Origin: Candidatus Saccharimonadota bacterium
GTDB taxonomy: Bacteria > Patescibacteriota > Gracilibacteria > UBA1369 > 2-02-FULL-48-14
DNA: 32,000 nucleotides
NCBI GenBank assembly: GCA_965230905.1
Contig: OZ246396.1
Coordinates: 480,001 to 512,000, forward strand
Direction: 5' to 3'
The notes under the pieces are model-generated. The model searched no databases and was not told the DNA's origin. It saw only the letters and a program-made list of their open reading frames with translations. Of the stretch, positions 9,171 through 17,238 are shown one piece after another; position 1 is the first letter of the stretch; every line of letters begins with the position of its first letter. The position numbers were made by a program, and so were the translations under genes.

Positions 9171-9980
9171 TTAAGCCGCTGGTGCGAGCTTAGGCGACGG
9201 TTTCCATTTTAGGCCGGCATTGAAAAGGTTGGCGCCCACCAGGGCGAAGAGTTCGCTGTAGGGCACTCCCGCGTAGGCGAGGGCGTTGAGAATCGCCGCA
9301 GCCAAAATTCCGTAGGCCACCTGTTTCCATGGAAGGAAAGGGGAGGTTTTTGGTTCGGGCAGCATGATGCTGGCAAAGAAGTAAACAAAGGAATCCAGGT
9401 AGGTGAATTGAAGAAATTCAAGATCGCCGGTGCGAAGGTATGCAAGCATCGCGTAGGCCGCCAAGAAGCTGAGGAAGATGGGCCATTTTCGCCACACGTA
9501 AAACCCGCCGCCGATCCAAAGGGCGAGGAGAATCAAGGACACGGGTACGCCAATTGGGAGCATCCAGTAAGACGCGCCCCACCAAGAAACGAAGGGCAGT
9601 TCCCAACCAATGAGTGCGCCGATTCCTGCGGTGAGTAAAAGGGCGGCGGCGGCGGGATTCACAATAGGGGAGCTCTTCCACTCGATGAAAAACTTCAAAG
9701 TCTCGGCAATGAAAACGGCCATGAGCGGATAAATGAGCGAGGAAAGTCCGGTGCCGTAATGTAGGAGCAGAAAAATGAGCTCGGCGGTGATCACGGTGTC
9801 CCACACGTTTTTGCGTTTGATGGAAAGTTTGCTGTAGAGCGCAAACAGCACCAGGCCAAACCCAAGCGTGGCGGCCAAATGCAGCAGCACGTCATTGGAC
9901 CAATTGTACGCAATGGCCACTCCGGCAAAAATCGTCAAGAATAAACAGAAGCGTTTTATGGGGTCGAGCTTGAAGTTCAT
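9171..9980 (-). CDS. Polytopic membrane protein, RnfD/NqrB-like (NQR2_RnfD_RnfE superfamily candidate)
   Basis: 269 aa with about 8 hydrophobic helices. The segment ETLKFFIEWKSSPIVNPAAAALLL resembles the conserved K..fGG..N.FNPAl..r.fL region of RnfD/NqrB. Divergent from the FMN-bind/ApbE genes. Confidence 0.5.
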   Translation of the reverse strand: MNFKLDPIKRFCLFLTIFAGVAIAYNWSNDVLLHLAATLGFGLVLFALYSKLSIKRKNVWDTVITAELIFLLLHYGTGLSSLIYPLMAVFIAETLKFFIEWKSSPIVNPAAAALLLTAGIGALIGWELPFVSWWGASYWMLPIGVPVSLILLALWIGGGFYVWRKWPIFLSFLAAYAMLAYLRTGDLEFLQFTYLDSFVYFFASIMLPEPKTSPFLPWKQVAYGILAAAILNALAYAGVPYSELFALVGANLFNAGLKWKPSPKLAPAA

Positions 9981-10025
9981 AGGCGTTTGTGAGAAAGTGT
10001 TTTCCGCACCATTTTAACACTCTCC

Positions 10026-10568
10026 ATGCAAAATACTATTCGTTACGGACTTTTTTTACTCATTGTTACGGGGGCCCTCTTCACCGGCTGTGAAAGCGAG
10101 GTGGTTGACCCTGAAATGGAACTTCCTACCAACGAAGAGGTGGAGGAAGCAACCGGCATCGACACCGATTTAGATGGCGACACGGACGCGGAAACCGATG
10201 AAGCTGAAGCCAATACCACAAGCGGCAGCACGACTACTCCTCAGAGTGAGCCTGCGGAAGAAAGCAGCGTTTATGAAGACGGCAGCTACGCGGCGAGCGG
10301 AAGCTACGCGAGCCCAGCAGGACCTGAAAGCGTGGGGGTTACACTCACCGTTAAGAACGACCTTGTTACCAGCGTGAGCGTGGTAAAAAATGCCATCAAC
10401 CCTACGAGCGTAAATTTCCAAGAGCTCTTTGCTTCCGGCATTTCCGGGCAAGTGGTGGGAAAATCTTTGGATGAAATTGGAAACTACAGCAGCATCAACG
10501 GCAGCTCACTCACTCCAAATGGGTTCGACGCAGCACTCGCTTCTATTAAGGCTGACGCCGCTTTGTGA
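10026..10568 (+). CDS. Lipoprotein with C-terminal FMN-binding (FMN_bind-like) domain
   Basis: Lipobox LFTGC|E. Acidic low-complexity linker (DTDLDGDTDAETDEAEA). C-terminal SYASPAGPESVGVTLTVKNDLVTSVSVV...VGKSLDEIGNYSSINGSSLTPNGFDAALASI parallels NqrC/RnfG FMN_bind domains. Confidence 0.6.
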   Translation: MQNTIRYGLFLLIVTGALFTGCESEVVDPEMELPTNEEVEEATGIDTDLDGDTDAETDEAEANTTSGSTTTPQSEPAEESSVYEDGSYAASGSYASPAGPESVGVTLTVKNDLVTSVSVVKNAINPTSVNFQELFASGISGQVVGKSLDEIGNYSSINGSSLTPNGFDAALASIKADAAL

Positions 10569-11455
10569 AAATTGAAGTTCAGCGAAAACACTTAGGCACG
10601 CCGATTGTGATTACCGTGGCCGCTCATGATAAAGCGCGTGCACTGGAAGCGATTGAGCGTGCTTTTGCTGAATGTGAGCGGATTGAAAAAGCGTACTCGC
10701 GCTTTTCGGACGGCAATGAACTTAGCGCGCTGAATGCGCAGGTCGGCAGCTGGGCGGAAGTGAGTGACGAGCTTTATAAGCTCATTGAGTTTGGCGAGCG
10801 GGTGAAGGGGCGCACGGGCGGCGCTTTTGACCTCACCGTGAAGAGCATTTTGGAGGGCTGGGGTTATGACAAAGACTATTCTTTGAAGGAAGGGGCGGCG
10901 GGGCAAACCGGGCGGATTGAGTTGGCGGACGGTCGCGTGAAACTGAGCGCAGCGTTGGAACTCGGGGGCCTGGGCAAGGGCTACGCCATAGACCGCATGG
11001 ACAGTTTTTTGCAGGACTTTGCGAATGTTTGTATAAATGCCGGCGGAGATTTGAGGGTGAGGGGAGTGGACGACTTCGGCAAGCCGTGGCGGATCGTATT
11101 TGAGCATCCCACCGATATCACGAAGGGAATTGGCTTTGTGGAAACGAGTGATTTGGCCTTGGCGTGCAGCAGTCCGTCGAGGCGGAGCTGGCGAAACCGC
11201 CACCACTTGGTGGATCCGCTGAGCGGGGAAGCAGCGAGCGAAATGCTGGCGGTGTACACCCAATCGGGAAGCGCACTTTTGGCGGATGCGTATTCCACGG
11301 CGCTGTTTGTGATGGGTTATGAAAAAGCAAAGGCACTGCTAACAGGAACCGGAGGGCTGCGCCCTCTGTTGCCGGTGGAGGCGATGCTGGTGAATCCGGC
11401 CGGGCAGGCTTTTATGAGCCCCGGCTTTCAGGGAACTTTATTTGGAAACGATTGA
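10565..11455 (+). CDS. apbE: FAD:protein FMN transferase ApbE
   Basis: GTG start overlapping the upstream TGA (GTGA). Motifs FDLTV, LGGLGKGYAIDR, CINAGGDLRV, HHLVDPLSGE are typical of ApbE. Confidence 0.85.
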   Translation: MKIEVQRKHLGTPIVITVAAHDKARALEAIERAFAECERIEKAYSRFSDGNELSALNAQVGSWAEVSDELYKLIEFGERVKGRTGGAFDLTVKSILEGWGYDKDYSLKEGAAGQTGRIELADGRVKLSAALELGGLGKGYAIDRMDSFLQDFANVCINAGGDLRVRGVDDFGKPWRIVFEHPTDITKGIGFVETSDLALACSSPSRRSWRNRHHLVDPLSGEAASEMLAVYTQSGSALLADAYSTALFVMGYEKAKALLTGTGGLRPLLPVEAMLVNPAGQAFMSPGFQGTLFGND

Positions 11456-12250
11456 AAGGGCGGCGGGCATGATTTCAACGTTCACCACTTTGCTCTTCAG
11501 CACTTCGCCATCCAGCTGAAATTCCAATTCCTTGTGGCTTTTTATGGAAACTTTTTTTGCGGTGTGGTGTTCAAGGAGACCACGTGAGCTAAGCACGAGC
11601 ACGTCCAAAAGGCCGTCGTCGGGGCGAATGGGGACGAGTGGAAAAGGGAAAATATTGAAAACCACAATAGAGCGGGCGAGCACCGAGTGGTGAGCGCCGT
11701 CGATGATGAGATCGTAAGGCTGGCAACGGTAAAAAAATGCGGTTTTTAAAAAGACCCAGGCGTAGGCGAAGAGGCCGAGTTTGCGCTTGAGCTGCCGCGG
11801 CGTTTCTTTCATAAGGAAGGCGTCGTAGCCGCGGCCCACCGCAATGGTGCCGTAATGAGTTTTGTTCACGCGCATGACGTCCAAGGTGCGGGCGGCGCCG
11901 TTGAGTCCGGTTTCAAGCGCACGGCCGGGTTGGAGCAAAGGAATACCGAGGCTCATGGCCAGCAGATTTCCGCTGCCTTGCGGCACCACCACCAGCGGTG
12001 TTTTAAGGTTTACGCTTGGCTTGGCGTTTAGTTTGGCGCGCAGCACTTCCGCCACCGTTCCGTCACCTCCGCTCACCACAATGCGGTCGTATTTTTTGGC
12101 AAAAAGCGGTGCGAGATTTTGCTTTGGTTTGGTTTCATACCATGTGTATTCGTAGCCATTTTTTTCAAGCAAGTCTTGGAGGAGAATAGCGGCATCGCCC
12201 CATTTTTTGTGGCCGGAAACTGGGTTGAAAATGACGAGGGCTTTTTTCAT
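11438..12250 (-). CDS. Diacylglycerol/lipid kinase family protein (DAGK catalytic domain)
   Basis: MKKALVIFNPVSG start and the VVSGGDGTVAEV motif. Confidence 0.8.
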   Translation of the reverse strand: MKKALVIFNPVSGHKKWGDAAILLQDLLEKNGYEYTWYETKPKQNLAPLFAKKYDRIVVSGGDGTVAEVLRAKLNAKPSVNLKTPLVVVPQGSGNLLAMSLGIPLLQPGRALETGLNGAARTLDVMRVNKTHYGTIAVGRGYDAFLMKETPRQLKRKLGLFAYAWVFLKTAFFYRCQPYDLIIDGAHHSVLARSIVVFNIFPFPLVPIRPDDGLLDVLVLSSRGLLEHHTAKKVSIKSHKELEFQLDGEVLKSKVVNVEIMPAALSIVSK

Positions 12251-12365
12251 AGCTTGTCCGATAGTTCACTGAAAAATTTCATCTGGCGTGATTATAGCAA
12301 CCCCAAGTCGTTGACTCCACAAAGAAACGTGGTAGCGTGGAAGAATCCCCTGACTTCTAAAAATC

Positions 12366-12608
12366 ATGTGGTTCTTTTGGGCTCTTATTCTAGTGGAAAT
12401 TGCTTCGATAATCGCATGTCTTTTGGGTGTTCGTCGTCTTTATAAATACATTCGGCGTTACCGTTTTGACGAGACGGTATATAGCCTTCTTTTTGGCTTC
12501 ATGCATTTACACTATTTTGTTTATGCTTATCTATTAAGCATGGGAGTGGTCACCGTTAGCGGCGTGCTTTTTGCTTTTTCACTTTTAAGCTATGACGTCC
12601 CCGCATAA
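12366..12608 (+). CDS. Small hypothetical membrane protein
   Basis: 80 aa with 2-3 hydrophobic segments. Overlaps the next gene by 17 nt. No family recognised. Confidence 0.35.
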   Translation: MWFFWALILVEIASIIACLLGVRRLYKYIRRYRFDETVYSLLFGFMHLHYFVYAYLLSMGVVTVSGVLFAFSLLSYDVPA

Positions 12609-13215
12609 AAATTTCAGAGGACAGCTGGACGAGGAGCTTGTGCTTTGTTATTTTCGGCGGCATTGGATCCAAATTTTGCCGGGACTCTTGCTGCTGCCTC
12701 TTTGTTTTGCCGTCTTCATCGCTGCGGTTATTTTTCATAAAATGATCCTTGCACAAACTGAGCTGCTGACCGTGTTGATTGCGCTGGGGCTGATACTGCT
12801 CACCCAGGTGATTCATTACCTATTCCTTAGCATTTTTCGTTACTACCTCAGCACGGTGATCATCACGAATATGCGGGTGGTTATTTTGGATAAATCGGTA
12901 TTTTTTAGGGACAGCAATATGACGGTGGATCTCACTAAGGTTCAGGATATTAAAAAGGTACAGACGGGAATTTTTTGCCACTTGCTCAAGTTTGGAACCA
13001 TTAAGCTCGACTTGTCCGGCGGCGACCCTATAGAGATTAATTTGGTTCCTCAGCCGGATTTTTATTTTAAGAAAATGAACGAAGTGAAAAAGTCCCTGGC
13101 CCCCGACGCCCAAAGCACACCGGACCCCGCTAGCCCGCCCGTTACGCTTACCGAAGCCCAAGATACCGGCGCCACGACCACGGTTCCGTTTCTCGAAACG
13201 ACGCCGGTGAAGTAG
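12592..13215 (+). CDS. Membrane protein with bacterial PH (bPH/YdbS-like) domain
   Basis: Two TM helices followed by ITNMRVVILDKSVFFRDSNMTVDLTKVQDIKKVQTGIFCHLLKFGTIKLD, a bPH_2-like pattern. Confidence 0.55.
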   Translation: MTSPHKNFRGQLDEELVLCYFRRHWIQILPGLLLLPLCFAVFIAAVIFHKMILAQTELLTVLIALGLILLTQVIHYLFLSIFRYYLSTVIITNMRVVILDKSVFFRDSNMTVDLTKVQDIKKVQTGIFCHLLKFGTIKLDLSGGDPIEINLVPQPDFYFKKMNEVKKSLAPDAQSTPDPASPPVTLTEAQDTGATTTVPFLETTPVK

Positions 13216-13224
13216 ACTGCGCAC

Positions 13225-13779
13225 ATGAACAAGTGGGCATTTGTGGATTTGGAAACCTCCGGCGGCAGTTTTACTGAGGAGCGCATCACCGAAATCGGGA
13301 TTGTGATTATGGAAGACGGCAAGGTCACGACCGTGTATGAAACCTTGGTGAATCCCGATAAAAGTGTATCGCCGTTTATTTTGGAGCTCACCGGAATTCG
13401 CGAGGAAGATTTGTGGCGAGCGCCGCAGTTCCGCGAGATCATGGGCACCGTGCACGAGCTTTTAAAAGACGCGGTGTTTGTGGCGCACAACGCCAGTTTT
13501 GATCGAGGTTTTTTGCGCGCCGAATTCAAGCGCTGCGGACTGGAGTGGAATCCGCCCACACTCTGCACCGTGCGCCTGTCGCGCCGACTTTTCCCAGAGT
13601 ACCGCCGCCACAATTTAGATGAAGTGATGGCGCGCTTTTCTATTCCGTGCCGGGCGCGGCACCGGGCCCTGGGGGATGCGCAGGTTTTGGTGGACTTTTG
13701 GCGGATACTGGAAAGCAGCTTCCCGGCGGCGCTGCTGAATAAAACGGTGAATGAACTGACCGCTCATACTAACCGATAA
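13225..13779 (+). CDS. DnaQ-like 3'-5' exonuclease (DNA pol III epsilon family)
   Basis: ExoI FVDLETSG, ExoII VAHNASFDRGFL, ExoIII HRALGDAQV. Confidence 0.8.
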   Translation: MNKWAFVDLETSGGSFTEERITEIGIVIMEDGKVTTVYETLVNPDKSVSPFILELTGIREEDLWRAPQFREIMGTVHELLKDAVFVAHNASFDRGFLRAEFKRCGLEWNPPTLCTVRLSRRLFPEYRRHNLDEVMARFSIPCRARHRALGDAQVLVDFWRILESSFPAALLNKTVNELTAHTNR

Positions 13780-14131
13780 CCTTGAGTTCAACTATTTTCG
13801 TGAAAACTTTATCCTTTGAGACCAGATAAAGGTCGAATATTTTTGCTGAAGCCGCCAGAAGCGCGTCTGGGAAACTTAGCCCATATTTTCGTTTAATGGA
13901 CGCTGCCTCTTTAGCCAGCTTTTCATCAATGTCTAAAACGGAAAATTGCTCTAGAAATGCTTCAATCAGTTCGACTTGATCCTTCTTTAAGCCTGGCTTT
14001 GCCAAAAGCTCAGTCACGCTGACCACCGAAATAAATGCTTTACCTTGAATCTGATCAACAAAAGATCCAACTTCTTTATGACCGTCTAGATAATAGATTA
14101 GGATGTTGGAATCCAGTAGGTACATAGTCAA
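13769..14131 (-). CDS. vapC: PIN-domain toxin (VapC-like)
   Basis: MTMYLLDSNILIYYL ... SVVSVTELL ... FPDALLAASA. 120 aa, lying 3 nt downstream of a small ORF. Confidence 0.75.
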   Translation of the reverse strand: MTMYLLDSNILIYYLDGHKEVGSFVDQIQGKAFISVVSVTELLAKPGLKKDQVELIEAFLEQFSVLDIDEKLAKEAASIKRKYGLSFPDALLAASAKIFDLYLVSKDKVFTKIVELKVIG

Positions 14132-14134
14132 CGT

Positions 14135-14338
14135 TTATAACCATTCTTTTCGAATTTCTTTTTGATATTTCACGCCATCCCCAAAAAGGTTTTTTCCTTT
14201 ACCTAAGTAGGTTTTCTTGGCCTTTTGATTCGAAAAAGTGAATATTTTGAGCTCTGCTGTTTTAGCTAAAACTCCCAAGTTCTTGGTTTGTTCTTTTTCA
14301 GCTCCAGTTTGTTTGTCTAAAAGTTTTGTCATAAGCAA
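14135..14338 (-). CDS. Putative cognate antitoxin (unclassified small Lys-rich protein)
   Basis: 67-aa ORF ending 3 nt before the PIN start, which is the typical type II TA layout. No RHH, AbrB or HTH signature recognised. Confidence 0.4.
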   Translation of the reverse strand: MLMTKLLDKQTGAEKEQTKNLGVLAKTAELKIFTFSNQKAKKTYLGKGKNLFGDGVKYQKEIRKEWL

Positions 14339-14383
14339 TTCATTATAAGCCTATCCTTGATTAAATTTCAAGATAAGCCAAAA

Positions 14384-14460
14384 TGGCGGGATGAACGGGA
14401 CTCGAACCCGCGACCTCTGCCGTGACAGGGCAGCGCTCTAACCAACTGAGCTACCATCCC
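14384..14460 (-). tRNA. trnD: tRNA-Asp (anticodon GTC), CCA encoded
   Basis: Reverse complement folds as a cloverleaf: GGGATGG TA GCTC AGTTGGTT AGAGC G CTGCC CT-GTC-AC GGCAG AGGTC GCGGG TTCGAGT CCCGT TCATCCC G CCA. Confidence 0.9.
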
Positions 14461-14660
14461 AACGATGGGCTTTACGTAAGCCGTAAAAGCCAACGCACTT
14501 TAGCAAAGACATCTTTTGGATGCAAGAGGTTTAAAGACAGGAGGCTCAGCACGGGAGCCCTTATGTGCTTCCCCTCCCGTCTTTAAACCTACGTCACCTG
14601 TCTAAGGGGGTTGTTCTTCCGCGGAACTTGCTGTAAAACAACAAGGCCTTAAAGTTCCCT

Positions 14661-15803
14661 ATGCGAATTGGAATCGACGCGCGGATGTACAGCACCGAAT
14701 TCACTGGAATCGGGCGCTATGTATATGAACTGGTGAAGGCACTGACCGAACTCGACGACAAGAATGAATATGTGCTTTTTATGAACGCGCCGGAGTACGG
14801 CAAATTTGAAGAGAGCCGCCGCGTGAAAAAAATCCTGGTGAAGGCCAAACATTACTCCCTGCGCGAACAGCTGGGTTACTTGTGGACGCTGCGCCGCGCC
14901 AAGCTGGACCTCATGCATTTCACCCATTTCAACGCACCGATTTTTTACCGAAAACCCTCCGTGGTGACCATTCACGATCTGACGCTTTCCTTCTTTCCGG
15001 GCAAAAAAATGAACTCCGCGTTTTACCGCATGGCCTACAACACCGTGCTCAAGGCAGCGGTTAGGAACTCGCGCCGCGTTATCGCCGTTTCCGAAAATAC
15101 CAAGGCCGATTTGGTGGACATTGCCGGAACCTCGCCCTCCAAAGTGGAAGTGATTTACGAAGGAGTGGGGGAGGAATTCGGGCCTCGTGGCGATAAGGAA
15201 ACTCAAGAAGATGTTCACCGCAAATACAGCATCACGCGCAACTTTTTGCTCTATACCGGAGTCTGGCGCGGACACAAAAACTTGGTGAATTTAATTCGAG
15301 CTTTCGCGCTACTGCGAGAGGGCGAGGAGGGGCATGATTTGCAACTCGTGATCACGGGCGAGGAGGATCCGTATTACCCAGAAGTGAAACGTACCGTGAA
15401 AGAACTGAGCCTGGAACACCATGTGATTTACACAGGCATGGTTCCCGAAAAAGAACTCGTGGCGCTGTACCAAACCGCGACGGCTTATGTGTTTCCATCT
15501 TTATATGAAGGGTTTGGCCTTCCTCCCCTCGAGGCGATGCGCTGTGGAACGCCGGTGGTGGCTTCCAAAGTTTCCTGCATTCCAGAAATTTGCGGCGAGG
15601 CGAGTGCCATCTATTTTGACCCGTACGACCCCGAAGACATTTCAAACAGCATCCGCAAAGTGCTGCTCGACGAGAATCTGCAAAAGGAGCTGCGTGAGTG
15701 CGGCCTCAAGCACAGTCTCAAGTTTTCGTGGGAAAAGATGGCTCAAAAGACGCTCGAGATCTATACTGAAATTCTCGAGTCTCTTCCTAAGAAAAAGAAA
15801 TGA
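14661..15803 (+). CDS. Glycosyltransferase family 4 (GT-B, glycos_transf_1)
   Basis: [10 protein letters not shown]...TGIGRY start. C-terminal [18 protein letters not shown] (E-x7-E) motif. Confidence 0.85.
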   Translation: MRIGIDARMYSTEFTGIGRYVYELVKALTELDDKNEYVLFMNAPEYGKFEESRRVKKILVKAKHYSLREQLGYLWTLRRAKLDLMHFTHFNAPIFYRKPSVVTIHDLTLSFFPGKKMNSAFYRMAYNTVLKAAVRNSRRVIAVSENTKADLVDIAGTSPSKVEVIYEGVGEEFGPRGDKETQEDVHRKYSITRNFLLYTGVWRGHKNLVNLIRAFALLREGEEGHDLQLVITGEEDPYYPEVKRTVKELSLEHHVIYTGMVPEKELVALYQTATAYVFPSLYEGFGLPPLEAMRCGTPVVASKVSCIPEICGEASAIYFDPYDPEDISNSIRKVLLDENLQKELRECGLKHSLKFSWEKMAQKTLEIYTEILESLPKKKK

Positions 15804-16102
15804 ACGAATTCATCCACTTCACCAAGTTCATTCCGCAAGCGCTTAAAAAATATAAGCTGACCCGCGAAGCCCGGGCCGGACTGGTTTGTGCGCGTTTTCA
15901 AGGACTCCTGCCCAGCATTGTGGGTGACGACCTTCCCAAAACCGTGCATCCCAAGTTTTTTAAAGCCGGCGTGCTCACCGTGGCCGTGCCCAGCAGTGTG
16001 TGGGCCCAGCGGATATATGTGCATCGCCACGACCTTTTAATGAAGCTGAACCTGCACCTGGGGAAGGATTGGGTGAAGGATTTGCGGACTGTGGTAGAGT
16101 AG
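15800..16102 (+). CDS. dciA: DUF721/DciA-like protein
   Basis: 100 aa. ATGA overlap with the GT gene. The pattern ...FKAGVLTVAVPSSVWAQRIYVHRHDLLMKLN is typical of DUF721. Confidence 0.6.
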   Translation: MNEFIHFTKFIPQALKKYKLTREARAGLVCARFQGLLPSIVGDDLPKTVHPKFFKAGVLTVAVPSSVWAQRIYVHRHDLLMKLNLHLGKDWVKDLRTVVE

Positions 16103-16181
16103 TTGCTTCCTTCAAAATTGTTGTGCATTTCACCCCCGGGGGTGAATCCTCCAACCTTTCGCTGTTTACGCAAGTAGCATG

Positions 16182-16209
16182 TTGACGGGTTTTTATAAGC
16201 TTGTATAAT
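16182..16209 (+). promoter_or_regulatory. Near-consensus sigma70-type promoter (TTGACG-16 nt-TATAAT)
   Basis: TTGACG at 16182-16187 and TATAAT at 16204-16209, with TG immediately upstream of the -10. Confidence 0.55.
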
Positions 16210-16227
16210 ACCGTGCTAACCCTTTTT

Positions 16228-17151
16228 GTGAAACCCTCACGAGAACAAATCGAAAGCGATCTACAGGTTTATGTGAATTCGGCACTGATGCCTTGCCCTT
16301 TTGCAAAGCTGCCAACCGCCTATGTTCATTTGGAAGATATGCCGGGAACTAGCCGGGTGCAGGAGCAGCTTAAGACTGCTTTAGATACATTTTATCCATA
16401 CCCTTCCGTGTCCATTCTGGCGCTAGTGCCACCTTCGGAACCAGAAACCCATGGAAAAGCTCGCCGGCAGGCTTTTTTACTGTTGCAAGATTGGATGAAC
16501 CTCCACGCCGAGGCGGTTTTTAGCGACGAAGCCAAAAGAGCGACTGCAAAAAGGTTGGTGGCGACACGCATACAAGAAATGATCAACGATAGTGAGCTAT
16601 ACATTGGACCGCATTTTGAAGTGGGCGATCGACATCTTATTGGAACCACTTTCAATCCCCTCTATCCTCCTTACCACTCGCGCTACGCTCCCCACACGGT
16701 TTATACGACCATTCGAATGAAGGACTTGAGCGACATTTCGGAGAGAAAACCAGAGCTTTCCAAGAAAATTTCCGAGCACTCCAAGTCAAAAATTCTGTTC
16801 AGCATGATTACGAATCGGGAAGGGGTCACGGTGGATGATATTTTGAAGGAGATTGAGCTTTGGAATAGACACTTGTTTCTCTACAACCGTTTTGTAATGG
16901 AACTCGACGTGCCCAGTTACCGACTGGATGAGGAAACCCGACCTGTAATGAAGGAAATACGTGGTATTCGGAAGCAAGCCTTGCCCACGGTGATCGGATT
17001 GGCGCCCAAAGCTAAAGCCCACCTCAAGACGTGTGGACAAACGCCCACTTTGTGCAAAATCCTGGATCAGAATCCGGAGCTCAGTCTTCTTGAGATCGCT
17101 CGCGTGGTATACGGGGACACGTCCGGACATTATGTGATCCCTCAAAAGTAG
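16228..17151 (+). CDS. Hypothetical protein, possibly YqcI/YcgG-family
   Basis: Track ORF 16201-17151. Its TTG start lies inside the predicted -10 box, so I use the first in-frame start after the expected TSS (GTG 16228; ATG 16288 is also possible). PCPFAK and FEVGDRHLIGTTFNPLYPPYHSRYAP resemble YqcI/YcgG signatures from memory. Confidence 0.45.
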   Translation: MKPSREQIESDLQVYVNSALMPCPFAKLPTAYVHLEDMPGTSRVQEQLKTALDTFYPYPSVSILALVPPSEPETHGKARRQAFLLLQDWMNLHAEAVFSDEAKRATAKRLVATRIQEMINDSELYIGPHFEVGDRHLIGTTFNPLYPPYHSRYAPHTVYTTIRMKDLSDISERKPELSKKISEHSKSKILFSMITNREGVTVDDILKEIELWNRHLFLYNRFVMELDVPSYRLDEETRPVMKEIRGIRKQALPTVIGLAPKAKAHLKTCGQTPTLCKILDQNPELSLLEIARVVYGDTSGHYVIPQK

Positions 17152-17179
17152 GCCACCAAGCCCTTCCGAGGCTTTCTTC

Positions 17180-17207
17180 TTGACAATTTCCGGTTCCTAA
17201 CTAAAAT
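17180..17207 (+). promoter_or_regulatory. Sigma70-type promoter of the rpsP operon (TTGACA-16 nt-TAAAAT)
   Basis: TTGACA at 17180-17185 and TAAAAT at 17202-17207, about 32 nt upstream of the rpsP GTG. Confidence 0.5.
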
Positions 17208-17238
17208 CGGTAAGCAATAATTTCTAATCCCTGAACTT

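Noticed and set aside
10565-10568. Alternative genetic code (UGA read as Gly, as in some candidate phyla)
   Set aside because: TGA terminates several ORFs at exactly the length expected from homologs (FMN-bind lipoprotein, ApbE, GT4). Read-through would quickly hit other stops. The standard code 11 fits the whole window.
14461-14660. Possible SRP RNA, 6S RNA, tmRNA or second tRNA next to tRNA-Asp
   Set aside because: I compared both strands with the conserved SRP helix-8 pattern (GNAR tetraloop flanked by AGCA/GGAA-type loops) and with the tRNA cloverleaf, and found no match. The region is kept only as an unclassified structured region.
13769-14660. Integrative element inserted at tRNA-Asp
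   Set aside because: There is no integrase or recombinase gene, and I found no direct repeat of the tRNA 3' end elsewhere in the window. Only a TA cassette abuts the tRNA.
14649-15275. 208-aa minus-strand ORF. Similar long antisense ORFs occur at 1499-2116, 10592-11263, 12820-13613, 20217-20855, 26334-26942 and 30894-31502.
   Set aside because: All are antisense to genes with strong family motifs (GT4, C39-like peptidase, ApbE, bPH/DnaQ-like, 5'-3' exonuclease, FtsZ, Def). This is typical of frame-shadow ORFs in moderately GC-rich DNA.
16129-16146. TTCACCCCCGGGGGTGAA as a simple rho-independent terminator of dciA
   Set aside because: No T-tract follows it (TCCTCC instead), so a classical intrinsic terminator is doubtful. 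It is reported instead as one copy of the covarying palindrome.
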